DNA of 64,000 nucleotides. Origin: the human T2T-CHM13v2.0 reference genome, Homo sapiens. The position numbers were made by a program, and so were the translations under genes. This document shows, piece by piece, positions 1 to 13,668 of this stretch. Where the stretch lies: NCBI RefSeq assembly GCF_009914755.1, contig NC_060928.1. The stretch is one strand, 5' to 3'. Position 1 is the first letter of the stretch; the number at the start of each line of letters is the position of its first letter. Below the pieces are notes generated by a model. It did no database searches. It was not told the origin of the DNA and worked only from the letters and a program-made list of their open reading frames with translations.

Positions 1-169
1 ACCTTTGGGATTGGGCAACACTGCAACCCCAGCTTATGGTATAGACAGAGTACTTTACCCACTTCTATATTCTGCTGTTCCTAGGCTGCTATCACATTAG
101 CATTTCTTTCTGCTCATTCTGTGCATGTTTCACTGTATGGAGCTCCATTAGTTTCTGTGTCAGCTGTTC

Positions 170-520
170 ACTCAATAATTCATTCATTCAGCTGATCATT
201 CTCCAATACTGATTGACCTTTTGTTAGGTGTCAGATACTGTGCTGGACACTGGGAGTTCGTTGTTGAACAAACAAGGTCTCTATGCTTATGGTGCTTATA
301 TTTTACTAAGGAAAGACACATGATAAATAAATAAATCAATAAGAAAATTTTAGGTTGTGATGAGTTCTGGGGCATAAGTAAAACAGAGTGATGTAGCCAG
401 GCCCTTTTCCAGTTCAGAAGTCAGCAAAGTCCCCTCAGGAGACAACATTTTGGGAGAGACCTGAACGATGAGAAAGAGCCAGACAGGCAATGGTCCTGAG
501 AAGTTTGTTGCAGCAATGGA
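170..520 (-). mobile_element. L2 LINE 3' remnant (degraded)
   Basis: Starts with a CATTCATTCA tail (reverse of the L2 (TGAA)n end), followed by L2-like 'tactgtgctggacactggg...aaataaataaat'; boundaries approximate. Confidence 0.55.
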
Positions 521-1422
521 AACAACAAACACAAGGGCCCTGCATCCTTCCCACGCAGCTTCTGTATCCAACCTTATTGCCTTTTTGATTACCTAGCCCA
601 GTGACAGACCTCAAGATACCCAGTGATTTTGAGAACAATGCTATGGTCATCCAGCTTCTCTGTAATTCTTCATCACATCACCACTTTAATCATAGCACTA
701 TGATGGATAGAGAAGTACTGGCTATGGGTGCTTTAGCCACATGACCCTTACCTTCCTAAGATCACCCTTCCTTAACTCTTGATCTTAGCCTTAGTTGCTC
801 CACTAGCTATTCAACAGGTAAGGAATTTTATCTTGCCCTGGAGTTTTGGGTTAGAAAGAAGGTAGTATCCTGGAAGTTTTCCTCTTGGAAGAACATTCCA
901 CCAAAAAAGCAAACCTTCGACTTCCTCAGTGCTCTATTTCCAAACTCCTCCTGGGTACTAAATGTTAGTTGAGGGTCAGAGTCATGCTTTAATGAAGAAC
1001 CACTAGTCATCTCAGGCACTGCCATGGAAACAAGCATGGGAGAAGAGAAACTGCCAGCATTGTAAACCCATCATCTCCTTTTAGCCCACTATATAAGGCT
1101 TCCATTCTCCCTGCAGCTGGTGATATCCCGGCTCAGCCATGGACAGTGGAGCATGTTTCAAGCCTGAGTTTTTCAGTGTGTGTTATCTGATTGTGTTCCA
1201 TAGGACATCAATAGGTTCTGTGCCAAAAATAAAGATAATAGGAATGAGTGGTTTCTGTTGTTCTATATGCTATTTACCTACTTATTTTCTTAAAGATATG
1301 CCAGAACTTCTGATAATACACTATTGTGTAAGCACATGTAAAATTCTGTGAATAGTATATGGCACATAGGGAGTGACCATTTAATGGTTTCATGAAGCCA
1401 TTAAACTCTAGGTTTCATTATT

Positions 1423-1770
1423 TTATCAGTCAGGATAGGCATGCTTATGCTTCTATAAAAAACAATCTCAAAATCTCAATGGTTTAGAAAAACAGTTACT
1501 TCTTCATCCTACATGTTCATTACATGCTGTCTGTGGGGCAGGGGTTGGGGTCATCTTTATTCTGGAAATGGCATCACTTACAGAGGCAGGAAGAAAAGCA
1601 GACAGAAAATGTGAACACTAGCACTTCTGCATGTCACTTCTACTCATATTTCATTGGCCCAAGGAGTCACCTGTCTGTAGCTAACTTCAGTAACAGCAAA
1701 AATACATTTTTTCAATATACCCAGAAAGGGAGTAAGATTGCATATTGGTAGGTGGTCATAAGGCTTACAT
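1423..1770 (-). mobile_element. Old MaLR solo LTR (MLT1K/L-like)
   Basis: 'tatcagtcaggatagg...aaacaatctcaaaatctcaatggtttag' and 'cacttctactcatatttcattggcccaa' resemble the reverse strand of old MLT1 LTRs. Confidence 0.55.
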
Positions 1771-3215
1771 CAGCAATCATCTATGTATTTACTTTTTATC
1801 ATTATTATTATTTTCATTGTTATCTCTATCAATATGTCTCTCCAAGAATAAAAAATCATGTATTTTCAAAATTATTCCAAGAATCACTCTCTTTCAGAAC
1901 ACTGATTGGTAAGGAACACAGCTTGGATTATGCTCTTCTCTGTAATCACTCAGAATAACTCCCACTTTGCTCTACCCCTCCCACACTTTACTTACAGTTC
2001 TCTCATCTACTTGGTCTTTGAATGTTTTGCTCTATCCCTTGACTTTAGATCATCTGATTTAGAAGTCATCTAGTCTCTCCTCTTAGGTCTTTGCACACCA
2101 ACTCAGTTTTTGGCCTTGCCTTTGTTCTACTTCAGCACCCATCCTGTTCTCTGTTTCCACTACCACCTCTTCTCAGCACCCCCAATCCCATATACACCTC
2201 TCCACCTTGTTAAGCTCTGTCTCCTACTTCAATCAAAGGAAAAAGAGAAAAATTCGGACAGTCAGCTAGTAGCAAAGTATTTTACTGCAATGTATACTGA
2301 TTGAGGATCACACAAACAGAATTCAATGTGTCTTCAAAAACATGTCAGCTGCCAGCAATTTCCTGGAATAATAATTGCATCTCTCTGGGGCAGGGGAATT
2401 GAGAGTTTATGTTCCTCATTTCTCCCTTTGCAATTGGCTGTTCTAGCTGGAGAATTCGGATGAAATGACTGTAGCAGCACGATGCTGGCCCACTTAAAAC
2501 TTCTATTATGAAACCCAGTTGCATAAGCTATAAGAGCAAATAAGTTATATTCTCAGGAACAAATTCTAGTGAATCAGCTCATCTGAGCTTCACATCTTCA
2601 TCTGTCTCTGAAGTGGCTTATTTAAATTTTAATAGAAAACGTTCTACACGGGGCTCAAATGGAGGGAATGAAAATAACAGTTTATCTCCAAGAAAAAATT
2701 GTGTCAGGAGCAAAAAAAGAAAAATAGGATGCTAATTTCCTGAAAACAAACCCCCCATGTCCCACTTCATAGAAACTGGACAAAGCAAGATAAAGTCTAT
2801 TGTACTGAACAAAAGCAGCAATGGCACGTTTGGAGACTCACTGTCCCTTTTTGTTTGACTGTTTAAAAAATCATTCAAAAAGGAAAAGTTTCTTTCAGGA
2901 AAAGTGAAAAAAGCTTGCAAAACAAAGTTTGCCACTGTCAGGGGACAGTTGCAGAAGGAAATGGAAGCGGAGATAGCATGTGGTGGTGGGAAGGTTTTTA
3001 ATGGGCTTGGAAATAGAGATCTGGGCTCAAACACTGACTTTGTCATTTGCTTGCTATATGGCCTTGGAGAAGTCAATTGGTAGTGGCAGGGGTAATGAAG
3101 ATCATCATATCGGCTCTTGCATGGTATTGTCCTGAGGAGGAAACAATGTGAGAAATTACTTGCCTAGCTGGTGCTCCTCCAGGAGACCACTTCTCAGTGA
3201 CCTTCACACGCTCCA

Positions 3216-3432
3216 GACCAGGAGTCTGGACCCACAGGCCAAATCTAGGCTGCTTTCTGTGTGTAAGGAAGGTTTCACTGGAACACAGCCTTGCCCATTT
3301 GTTTACTATCCTCTATGGCTGCTTTTGCACTACACGGCAGTGTGGAGTAGTTACGAGAGACCATATGGTCTACAAAGCCTAGAATATTTATTCCTTGCCT
3401 TTTGCTGGAAATTTTAGCAACAGTCACTCCAG
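3216..3432. mobile_element. MER58A-like hAT-Charlie MITE
   Basis: 'ggaacacagccttgcccatttgtttact...tatggctgcttttgcactaca...gagtagtt...gagaccatatgg...aaagcct' matches the remembered MER58A consensus. Confidence 0.75.
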
Positions 3433-3529
3433 AGAGCTGTGAAATTTGGGAGTCAGCTCAAGCAAACTGGCTTCCTTGCTCCCTAGTGACTCCTCAGTGC
3501 AATCACTCCTCAGTTTCTGTGTCCTGTGA

Positions 3530-3668
3530 ATCCTATCTCCAAAATATCTCATGAATCTTTGTGATTCTCTTCACCTCCACAGCCACCCCCAGGTCTAAGC
3601 CACCATCATTACTACATTGGCCTCCTACGAGGCCTCCTAGCAGCCGCTCGGCTCTCCTTTCCTGCCCA

Positions 3669-3724
<56 letters not shown>

Positions 3725-4330
3725 ACAATTTGTTCCTCACACAACAGCCTGAGTGTGTTTTTTTAAAATGCAAATCATGCAAATTCCCTCCTTAGAATCA
3801 CTCAGAGAATTCCCATTGCTCTTAGGATAAGAAGCAAAATCCAAGCAGATCCTGCAGAATCAGATTTCCACCTCCTCACCACCTTTGACTTAAGAAAAAC
3901 CCCACAAAATTGGCTTTGGACTTCACCAGCCTTCTTTCTGCTGGTATATTGAAGGAGGCCTGCTCTTCTTGCCCAAGACCTTCACATAGCATGATTTCTG
4001 CTCTAGGAACAGTCTTGTCCTCACAGTCTCCATCCTTTCTTCCTGGATCACTCCTGCTCATCCTGCAGGCCACAGAATGACTGTCACCTACTCAGGTACA
4101 ACTGTCTGTCCTGACTCTTCAGCAGCCGTGACCCCGCTCCAGGCCAGAACCCTCTGGTTTACACTTCCAGTGCACTCATAATTGGAAATAGGTGCTTAAT
4201 TTCACACTTATTTTTGCGTGTTTAACTCCTCCTCCCTGAATGTAAGCTCTAGAGAGCAGGGTAAAGCCACACCCATGGCCACCTCTGTATCTCCAGAGCA
4301 TGGCACAGCTCTTTGCATATAGCAGTAAAA
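3530..4330 (+). mobile_element. L2 LINE fragment containing a (CT)n(CA)n microsatellite
   Basis: L2-type pyrimidine-rich motifs ('cccattgctcttaggataa', 'tgaatgtaagctctagagagcaggg', 'gcatggcacag'); boundaries approximate. Confidence 0.55.
3668..3726. repeat. Compound (CT)n(CA)n microsatellite
   Basis: Directly visible. Confidence 0.95.
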
Positions 4331-4560
4331 TGCAGCAGTTGAGGGTGGAAATACCACTAGGATGCCTGAATTAAAATCCCTCTACTACTTAACAGCTGTG
4401 TGACAAAACCATTTAACCTCTGCATTTCAGCCTATACGTATGAAAAAAGATAATAAATATGTATAGTATAATAGTATATGGTAGGGTGTTGTGAGGAGAT
4501 TATATGAAAAACAGAACAGTACAAGGATATATTAAATGCTACATGAGTGTTTGCTGTTCT
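4330..4560 (+). mobile_element. MIR SINE
   Basis: MIR core 'ctactacttaacagctgtgtgac...atttaacctctg...ttcag' and 'gggtgttgtgaggag'. Confidence 0.6.
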
Positions 4561-6079
4561 GATTAGGGCAGGTTGTCAGTGAAAATGGTATGGAGGAATG
4601 ATTCACTTTTCCCCTTTCTTCTCCAAGGAAGCATGTTTTTGGAGTGTGCTATTTAATCTGAGGTTTACATTTGTGCTCCAATAACACTAGATTTAACTTT
4701 TTTCCCAAACCACCTGCATTGCACCCCCTCTTTGCTTTTGCACATGCTATTCTCTCCTCATCCCCAGTTTCTCTAGTGAATTCTAATAATCTAGTACAAC
4801 CCTACAAATGTCACCTTCACCCTGAAGCCAAGGACTCCTCCTGCTTCCTTCTACTTCCTCCTGCTTCCTCCCAAGGACAGCCCAGAGAAGTTAACCTCCC
4901 TTTCTGCTGATTATAATTAACAGAGAGAGAGAGAGAGAGAGAGAGATAAGAGAGAAATTGCTCTTTTTTGTAGCTGACATGTATCATTATTCCAAAAAGC
5001 TTTAGGTCAGTTTCACTTACACAAGATGATCAAAATTGATACCTCCTCAACATTCCCCAAACATGGTGTTTCCACTGTTGGTATAACACTCATGTTATTT
5101 TACTTCAATGTTTTTAGTAATCTACTCATATCTTCTCCAGAAAATTTTTGTCTATGAAAGGCCAGGGACCACGTCTTACTCACCTTGGACCGGCCTGAGT
5201 GTTTTGTCCTCTCCTTGGCTTGTAGTAGGTGCTCAGAAAATGCTTATTAATTTATGGCTGGTGGTTGAATTTGTTTTTGTGTTATCAGCACCTACTGCTA
5301 CTCAGTAGGGTTTTGAGGAAATGGTTGTGGAATTGTGTCAAAAATGCATTTTTAGAAGTGACTTCTTGCTTTCTGAAAATAAGCTTCAAGAACAAGCAGC
5401 AATGCAACTCAATTCAAGAGGATTTGCCATTCCTTGACCCAGAGGGAAAGGCAAGGAGACTGTTTCTGAATGAATCAGGGAGACCTGCTGTGGAAATGGG
5501 CAGACTATGCCAGCTACAGAGGGAAGTGAGATTTTCCTGCTCCCAGTTCCCCACCCAAGGTCAGATTGAAACTCTGGTTTCTAGGCATCTTAGGGTTTGC
5601 CTTCAGTGAGAGATTGCTATACATTGCAAGGCTCTCCACTGGACTATTTTTTTTCTTTCTAGACAATATGGTCCTCCTGACATCCTACACACATATGTTG
5701 GGAGCCACCATGTATGGGGAATGTAGCTAAGTGCCGAAGATGTAGCAATGATGGATAGTCCCATCTGCAAAGGAGTTCGCAGCCTAAAGGAGGGGAGGAA
5801 GAGAGAGCTGGAAAAGTATGGAAGACACAGACTCACAAAAAAGAATAGAAGTTATTGTGCATGGAAAAAGTGATTTGCTCAGATTGTTGCATGAAAAGTT
5901 TCAGAAATGTTTGTTGAAATAGGTATTCTTTAATTTTTATAGGAAATAACATTATATGTTTATGTGTGTATGTATCATAATGTTAAAAGAAGTAACTCAG
6001 GTGAGTTGGATTTGGGGATCTCTCATGAAAAGGAGAACATTCTGTATTGTTTTGATTTTTTAAAATGGCAATCCTGCCT

Positions 6080-6298
6080 TTTTAAAATTTTTTTAGTAGA
6101 CAGGTAAAATCATATTTATTTATTATGTACAACATGATGTTTTGAAATATATATACATTGTAGAATGGCTAAATCAAGCTAATTAACTTATGCATTACCT
6201 CACACAGTTGTCCTTTGTGGCAATAACACTTAAAATCTACCCTCTTAGCATTTTTCAAGAGTACAACATATCGTTATTTACTACAGTCACCATGTTGG
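6080..6298 (-). mobile_element. L1MA-type 3' UTR fragment
   Basis: 'tacaacatgatgttttgaaatatatatacattgtagaatggctaaatcaagctaattaac...gcattacctcaca' matches L1MA 3' end on the reverse strand. Confidence 0.7.
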
Positions 6299-6302
6299 TG
6301 AT

Positions 6303-6663
6303 TAATATGGTTTGGTTGTGTTCCCACCCAAATCTCATCTTGATTTGTAATCTCCATAATCCCCCCATGTTATGGGAGGGACCCAGTGGGAGGTAATTGA
6401 ATCATGGAGGTGGTTTCCCCCATGCTGTTCTCTTGATAGTGAATGAGATCTGATGGTTTTATAAGCATCGCGCACTTCAACTGCTGACACTTCTTTCTGC
6501 TGCCATGTGAAGAAGGACATGTTTGCTTCCCCTTCTGCCATGATTGTAAGTTTCCTGAGGCCTCCCTAGCCCTGAGGAACTGTGAGTCAATTAAACTTAT
6601 TTTCTTTATAAATTACCCAGTATCAAGTATTTCTTCATAGCAGCATGAGAATGGACTAATACT
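6303..6663 (+). mobile_element. THE1 (THE1C/D-like) MaLR solo LTR
   Basis: Begins 'atatggtttggttgtgttcccacccaaatctcatcttg', has 'gtaagtttcctgaggcctccc' and 'tgagtcaattaaac', ends 'atggactaatac'. Confidence 0.9.
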
Positions 6664-6759
6664 GTGAAGAAATTGTTCTGCATCTTGACTGCATTAATAT
6701 CAATATTCTGTTAGGATAGAAGCCAAAGGAGGCCACATACTCTCTCCACCCCATAGTCC

Positions 6760-7095
6760 CAAGGGTTCCAGCACATGACCTACACCAGACCATGTGGATG
6801 ACTACAGAGTCACAATAGTGATGGAGATAATTTGTCAAAGAGGTTGATTCAAGGACCCACTGGTGGGTGATAAGTTTCCAGCTGGGAGATGCCAATCAGC
6901 TTCCTCATTGACTGGGGCTGTGGTTGGTGGTGGCTGGGCCTTGCTTCCTGTGGTTTCTGCCCACTTTCTAAGGCTGTTTCTCCAGCCTTCTTACCAATTC
7001 TATGAGCATTTCTACCTTGCCTTCCTTCCATTTAATTCCTTTCCTGCTTAAATAAGCCAGAGTTTGTTTTTGTTGTTTGCAAACCACAAACACTT
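6760..7095 (+). mobile_element. Old ERVL-class LTR fragment (LTR33/LTR67-like)
   Basis: 3' end 'aattcctttcctgcttaaataagccagagtttgtttttgttgtttgcaa' is typical of these LTRs. Confidence 0.45.
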
Positions 7096-9597
7096 GAAAG
7101 GGATAAGTATCTACTATGAGCAACTAACTGTGATTCCATTATCTCTTCAATTGTCCAAACCATCTCATTAAATGGGCAGCATTCCAATACAGAATTGTGT
7201 TTTTCAAGATTCTAAATCCTGGAAGGAACTAAACATTAGAGTTGTTCTAACTAAGAGGACTTTTAAATGATAATTCACTTATTAAATCAGCTTCTAATAA
7301 TGAATGAATTTGCTGTGACTCATGGTACATGAAAATGATATGATCTGGTGGATAGAAAATACCTGCTGTGGGATGTCTCAGTGACATTCCCTTCCCAAGC
7401 CAAGATGGTTCTAAGTCATTTATAAGATTTGGAACAGATAAAATGCTATTTTGAAGCATTAAATTATAATTGTGCAAATATATGCAAATATACATGCAAT
7501 TTCTAAATCTACGTAACAATGGGATTTTTTTAAAGCCAAGAAAATATTCCCCAAAAATGTATGCAGAAAATATTGAGGCTAGTTCAAGTCAGTCTCACCC
7601 TCTCTTAATTAGTACTTTACTTTTTCAGTGTTGACAAACCTAAACTCCAGAAATAGTCACGCAATGAAATCCGCCAAATCACCTCCTCTGTGTTTTTATT
7701 TTATAGCTGAGGAAAGTGAGACTCAGATGGGTTATAAAGTTTACGTCTAAGATACCACACTAGTAAATTTGAGCCACAGCACTCATATTTATATTTTTTC
7801 TCTCCTGGTGTCTCTAAAGGTAATTTTTCCAGATCTAACTTCCAGTTCACTCCTTTCTTCAAGGGTGTTTGCAAAGCAATGTCTAGTATATAGTAAATGA
7901 TATGTACCTGTTAGCTGTCATATCATCCTTATGATAAATCCCTTCTTTATTCATCAGATTTTAAGTTTAATAATTACATTTTTATCTCCAGAGTTCCCTT
8001 TCATTCTTTTTCCAAATCTGTTTGGTCATGCATGATAATCCATTGTTGCTTGCTATCTTTATTCTCTTTTATTTCTTTAAACATGGTATTCTTAGGTAGA
8101 ATGTCTTCTGTACCTGATAATGCCAGAGTATTTGAAGACCTCAGGGGTCAAAATCTGTTCATAGTTGTTTAGACTGACTGTCATCCATGCGTGTTTTGCC
8201 ATTTTTCCCTAGGAGTTCTTACTTGCCTGAAGTTAACCTGGGAGCACCCTGGAGGCTCTAAGCTGAAGATGCTGACTCCCCAAGGTACTCTGCATCTTCT
8301 ATTTCTGGACAATAGGAATGGCTCTCAAACTAGGGATGCTTTAAGCTATTGGCTTTATTTTCTCTGACTTTATGGATGGTACTAAAATAACCCTAGATCC
8401 ATATGAGAACAGTCCTGTACCAGAGCTAACAAATTCCACTGGAGACCAGTATTGTCACTAATTAAATTCTATCCAGAGTCACAGCAGTGACACACATGCT
8501 TTTTTTGTTTCTTCAGTCTAGCTTTTCACTGATTGTTTAGACCCTGTGAGAGCAAACCTTTAGGAGGGCATCTCAAGCCCAGCATCCTCCCCCTTGCATG
8601 ACCTCCAGATCCATTTTCTCATACCTGGTATGATCAATAATCCTCAACGTTTCAGGCACCTGGTTGCATCATTTTACCCAGAATGACTCTGCCTTCACAA
8701 TCACTCACCTCTCTAGTGTCAGCTCATGATTTGTTTGTTTGAGTTGTGGTTTTTAGGACATTCCTTACTTTCTTGTGGGCTCAGCAATGCACAGGCAAGT
8801 ATGGTTTCTTTGTGATTTATTCAGCATGTAGATATTCCACAGTATAAACGCTTTCCAGCTCATCTTATCCACCACATGGCTGGAAGAGGAAATTCATACA
8901 GACCTCAGGGATAACTCTAATTAATAAACGGCTGTTCTCTGGGCCCCACCAGCCAGGGAGAAAGAGGACCAGACACTTAACTTTCATCCCTCTTCTTCCC
9001 AGCCTTTTCAAATGCTCCCAGAAGAGTGCTGCTGGGCCCTAGGAGAATGCCTCTTATAGGTGCTGTGAAGTTTACATTTCCACCTTTTCTCTTTTGCTCT
9101 CTAGATTGCAATGCTGCTATTTCTGATCACCAGAGACATCAAAATGTTCACTCTGTCTCCCTTGTCCACCAAATCACCCTCTGTTTGCTCCTGCTGCTGC
9201 TGTTTCTGCCCAAAACCCGGGACACCAACTTTTGGATGAAGAATGCCAATACCAAGAGTCACAGCACCATCCCATTCACTCTAGGCTGGTTCACCCTTGT
9301 GATGAAGACCACCATCCCATGGCTATTGGCATCTTTGTTCTCCACTTCCACACCAATCATAGACAGAACACCTTTCTATTTTTCGTCAGTGAGGGAGGCT
9401 CAGTGTCAAAGACATTCATTATCCCTATAAGCAACATGCTTTGAGTATATATACACACAAACACATACATACCTATATTTATACACACACACACACACAC
9501 ACCTATTTATCTGCACTTTTATCACCAATCTTATCTTTCTCATGCAATCAGGTCATTTTCTGCAGATTTGGTAAGCACCAGGAGATTCAGACATCAT

Positions 9598-9599
<2 letters not shown>

Positions 9600-9644
<45 letters not shown>
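9600..9644. repeat. (CT)n microsatellite
   Basis: Directly visible. Confidence 0.95.
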
Positions 9645-12600
9645 ATTCTCTCCCTACTCCTCCCCGGCGGCCACCTCACTGCTTGGCTACCCTGTTTCCT
9701 GGGACATGGAGTCCTCATTTATACTCATTGAAATGTGTTGATGAGAATTTTGCAGAAAAAAATAAGAAAGCAAGAAGAAGAAAGAGAAGAAAAAGAATCA
9801 CATGAATGAAATTTGGGTTCTAATTAATAAGTAAGACAGAGCAAAGTCTAACAAACCCAAAGTTGTATTTTTTATGCTATGAGCACATTGTTTATTTACT
9901 AAAGATGCTCCTCACTCCTTCCTAATTCCTGTGAGACCATGGAACACCCTTTAGAGGCAAGAATTGGTTTTCACCTCAGTAAACCTATTTTGAGCACCTG
10001 CTGGGCTGAAAGCACGCAGCTGGATGTGTTGAAAAATACAAAGTTGAAAATATGTCTCTTCCCTTTCACCCATGTCAATGCATATCAACCACAATCACCC
10101 TCCAAGGCTCATATATGCAGTTATTTCTGATACACAGTGCCTAGGACATAATACATATTCAATAAATATTTGCTTAGGGAACAAATAAATAGGTCTGCTT
10201 GGATGTCCAAACGCAATAAAGGCACACCACAGTACCAGCAGGTAGCGACACACCTCTCCCTTCCTCTCCCTTTAAAAACTACTCGAATAAGCCAGACAAT
10301 AACCATTGGCATCAAACCCTGTTTCCTTCTTTGAACCACCCCAGTTTTGCCATTTCTCTTGCCTCCTTTTTTGCGGTACTTGCTTATCTCTACCTCATTT
10401 CACCACCTCAGTTCAGTTTTGGCGCCTTCCCATTGTTGCATGCTATTAGCACATCTACTGAAATGCCTGCCAGTTGATTCCAACTTTGTCGCAATATTTC
10501 ATATCAGACCTTTTGGAGAGGGTCAGAGGTGTGCTGTCAGCTTTCCAGAAAGAAACCTCCAGCAAATACCAGGTTTCAGTTTCACTCAGCTCTGCCTTCC
10601 ACTCTACCTTACTGGTTTTTAAATAGAGTGTTGGTACGTCCAGAGCTGTGTACCTTTTGGGAAGATTGCCCTGAAAGAAATGGCAGATAAAAAGAAATTA
10701 GTCTGGAGGCAGAAAGTTAAGAAAATATACGCTCATCCAAGTGAAAAGAAATGAATGAGCTAAGGTGGTAATGAAGAGGGAGAATCAGAAAGAAATGAGA
10801 GACACATTAAGGGAAGCAAATGGCCTGGAAAAGTGATTGGATGAGATTCAGATTCAGCAAGCTATGGTGGACTGGTGATCTGTGAAGCACGGTGCTGTAT
10901 CAGAGAAAATGGCCTTTATGGATCAGAGCTGCCAGAGAAGGTGCCACAGAGGTGATGAAATGGGAGCTAAGCACTCAATGACAAAGAATAAGATGTGACT
11001 CCAGGTGGGAGACAATGATTGGGGAGCATGTGGTGGGAACCACAGAAACAAGCATGGATCCTGTAGTATCCCTACCATCAAGACTTGATAGGGTTTCAAA
11101 GAATTGCTGGACATCTATTATCCTTCTCTGCCCAGCACTCATTTCTTCTTCTGAAAACAAAGCCCATCTTTCTAATGGGGAAGCAAATCATTGTGAATCA
11201 CCAATACTGACCACTCCATTATCCTGGCTACCAGAGTGAACAAATAATACAACAAATGTGAGGACTCTATTACCATGACCTCAGGGATTGGTTCAAGTAT
11301 GGACAATCGGCCTAAAAATATCCAATTAGAATGATTTAAAAGATTGAGATGATCTATTCCAAGGCATTAGGATTTGTATTTCTTTTTCTAGCTAAAATGA
11401 ATATACTCAATTTATTTTCCCCCCTCCTCTACCCTACACACCCACTATTGTAGCCACAGGTACAGTTGTATGTAATAAAAACCCAATGCCAAATAGCCCA
11501 AGAGTTTAAGAACATTAAAAAAAATAGCCTGGTTCCCAAGCTACTTTTCCTTCCACTGTACCCTACTGTCTTCATCACCCTTGTAGAGACTTTGGCAGAG
11601 TTATGTAATACAGACAGTATATCCCCTCCAAGAAAGGAGATTTGTTTGCTAATTACACAACTGTCCTCTCACTGTTTCTGCTCTGCTACCTCTTGTTACC
11701 TCTTACACAATTTTTTAAAGACAGGATACAAGATGATGTGACTTTACATTGCACATGCAGGCACCCATGCCTTTAAAATGTGCTACTGGCTTTTATTTAT
11801 AACTGATTTTATAGTTCTCTTTATTTTCCCATGCTAGGCTTTTCAAGGTAAAAGTTTAATTGTAAAATTGGATAGGGATTAGGGAGGAACAAATACCACC
11901 CTATTGTAAACAACCACATTTTCTCCATTGAAGACGCATGGCTGTGCTGGATTGCAGAGTTTGCAGGATGAGAAGACGTAGTCCACACCTAGGTGCTGAT
12001 GTTCTAAAGTAATTCAAACCTGTGTTGTTCAGTTGAGGTGCTGGGAGTCTCTTCTATTATGATCTCCAAATTTAATGTAAAGAGTGTCTCTGAACACCTT
12101 TCATGAGGCAAATGTAATATAGGTCTCGTGTTCACATGTCCAGTGAAAATCCATGATCAATGGATTAAGTTTTTACTGGACTTTTGAGAAAAACATTTGA
12201 AAACTGCTTGGAATGATTTGGATAGGAATATTAAAATAAGCCCATGTCTAAAAAACTGTTAATGAGAAAACTTATGCTACTAGACTTTTAAGGGAAATCA
12301 GCAAATCACAAGAAAACGTGCTGAACTGGAAGATTATCTCAAAAAATAAAATTCCAAGGAAAAACTTAGGCTCATCACATAAACAATTACTCATATTTTT
12401 CTAAGCCTTTCCATTTACAAAGATTTTACTCACAGACTCTTATGCGAGTTAGAGAGAGCTGGCACTATTATTTTTATCCTCTTTTGACAGCTGCTGGAAT
12501 TGAGGTGTAGGGTGGTTAAGCAAATCTGCAGAGGTCAGACAGCTAAGAAATGGGGAAAGCATGACACAAAGACCTCCCCTGCCTCTCGGTCCAGAAGGCA

Positions 12601-12784
12601 GCATGAAAGAAGATGGGATCTGCAGTCAGGGCTTCCCAGACATTAGCCACAACTTCCTGCTATGTATGACCAGCTACTGAATCTTTTTAATATTGCTGCT
12701 CTTTCTCACCTGCTATGGTTGCTCCTTCTGCTTGGAAAAATGTCCCCACTTTATTCTCTTCAAAAAAAAAAAACATAAAAAATC

Positions 12785-13340
12785 TTCTTGTAAATTTGTT
12801 TAAGTGCCTTGTACATGCCCAAAGGAGTATAAATCATTCTATTATAAAGATACATGCATGTGTATGTTCATTGCAGCACTATTCACAGTAGCAAAGACAT
12901 GGAATCAACCTAAATGCCCATCAATGATAGACTGGATAAAGAAACTCTGGTACATATACACCATGGAATACTATGCAGCCATAAAAAGGAATGAGATCAT
13001 GTCCTTTGCAGGGAAATGGATAGAGCAGGAGGCCATTGTCCTCAGCAAACTAACACATGAACAGAAAACCAAATACCTCATTTTCTCACTTACAAGTGGG
13101 AACTGAATGATGAGAACACATGGACACATCGGGGGAAACAACACACACTGGGGCCTGTCAGAGGGTAATGGGGAGGAGGGGGAGCATCAGGAAGGATAGC
13201 TAATGGATGCTGGACTTAATACCTGGATGATGGGATGGTCTATGCAGCAAACCGCTATGGTACACATTTATCTATGTAACAAACCTGCACATCCTGCACA
13301 CATACCCCTGAACTTAAAATTTTTTTAAATTAAAAAAAAA
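12785..13340 (+). mobile_element. 5'-truncated L1PA (older subfamily) 3' end with a short 5' inversion
   Basis: ORF 12804-13106 encodes the ORF2 C-terminus ([43 protein letters not shown]), followed by the L1 3' UTR and A-tail; TSD AAAAAATCTT at 12777-12786 and 13336-13345. Confidence 0.92.
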
Positions 13341-13668
13341 ATCTTTATCAGCTCAATATCATCACTTCCCTTAGGATATCTTCCCTGATACTCAAGCCTC
13401 CCCTCAAAAGCAGGGTTATATGCCCATCTTGTGCTCCTATAGCTGCACCCTATGTCTGCCCCAAGTCTCCATTGCACTTTTCAGAGTAACTGGTCACTTA
13501 TATATCTCATTAGGGGTAGAGACATTATGAGGTGCAGTTGTCTATTAAAGTTGAAAGCAAACTCTAAGGATGCCTAGGTGAATCTCCTGCAACCATTTCT
13601 TACTAACTGTGGGATCTTAGGTAAGTTGATTGGGCCTTCTATGCTTCATTCTCATATTTGCAAAATGG

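Noticed and set aside
2230-2595. Possible ERV1-type LTR on the minus strand
   Set aside because: LTR-like ends are suggestive but I cannot match it to a family with confidence.
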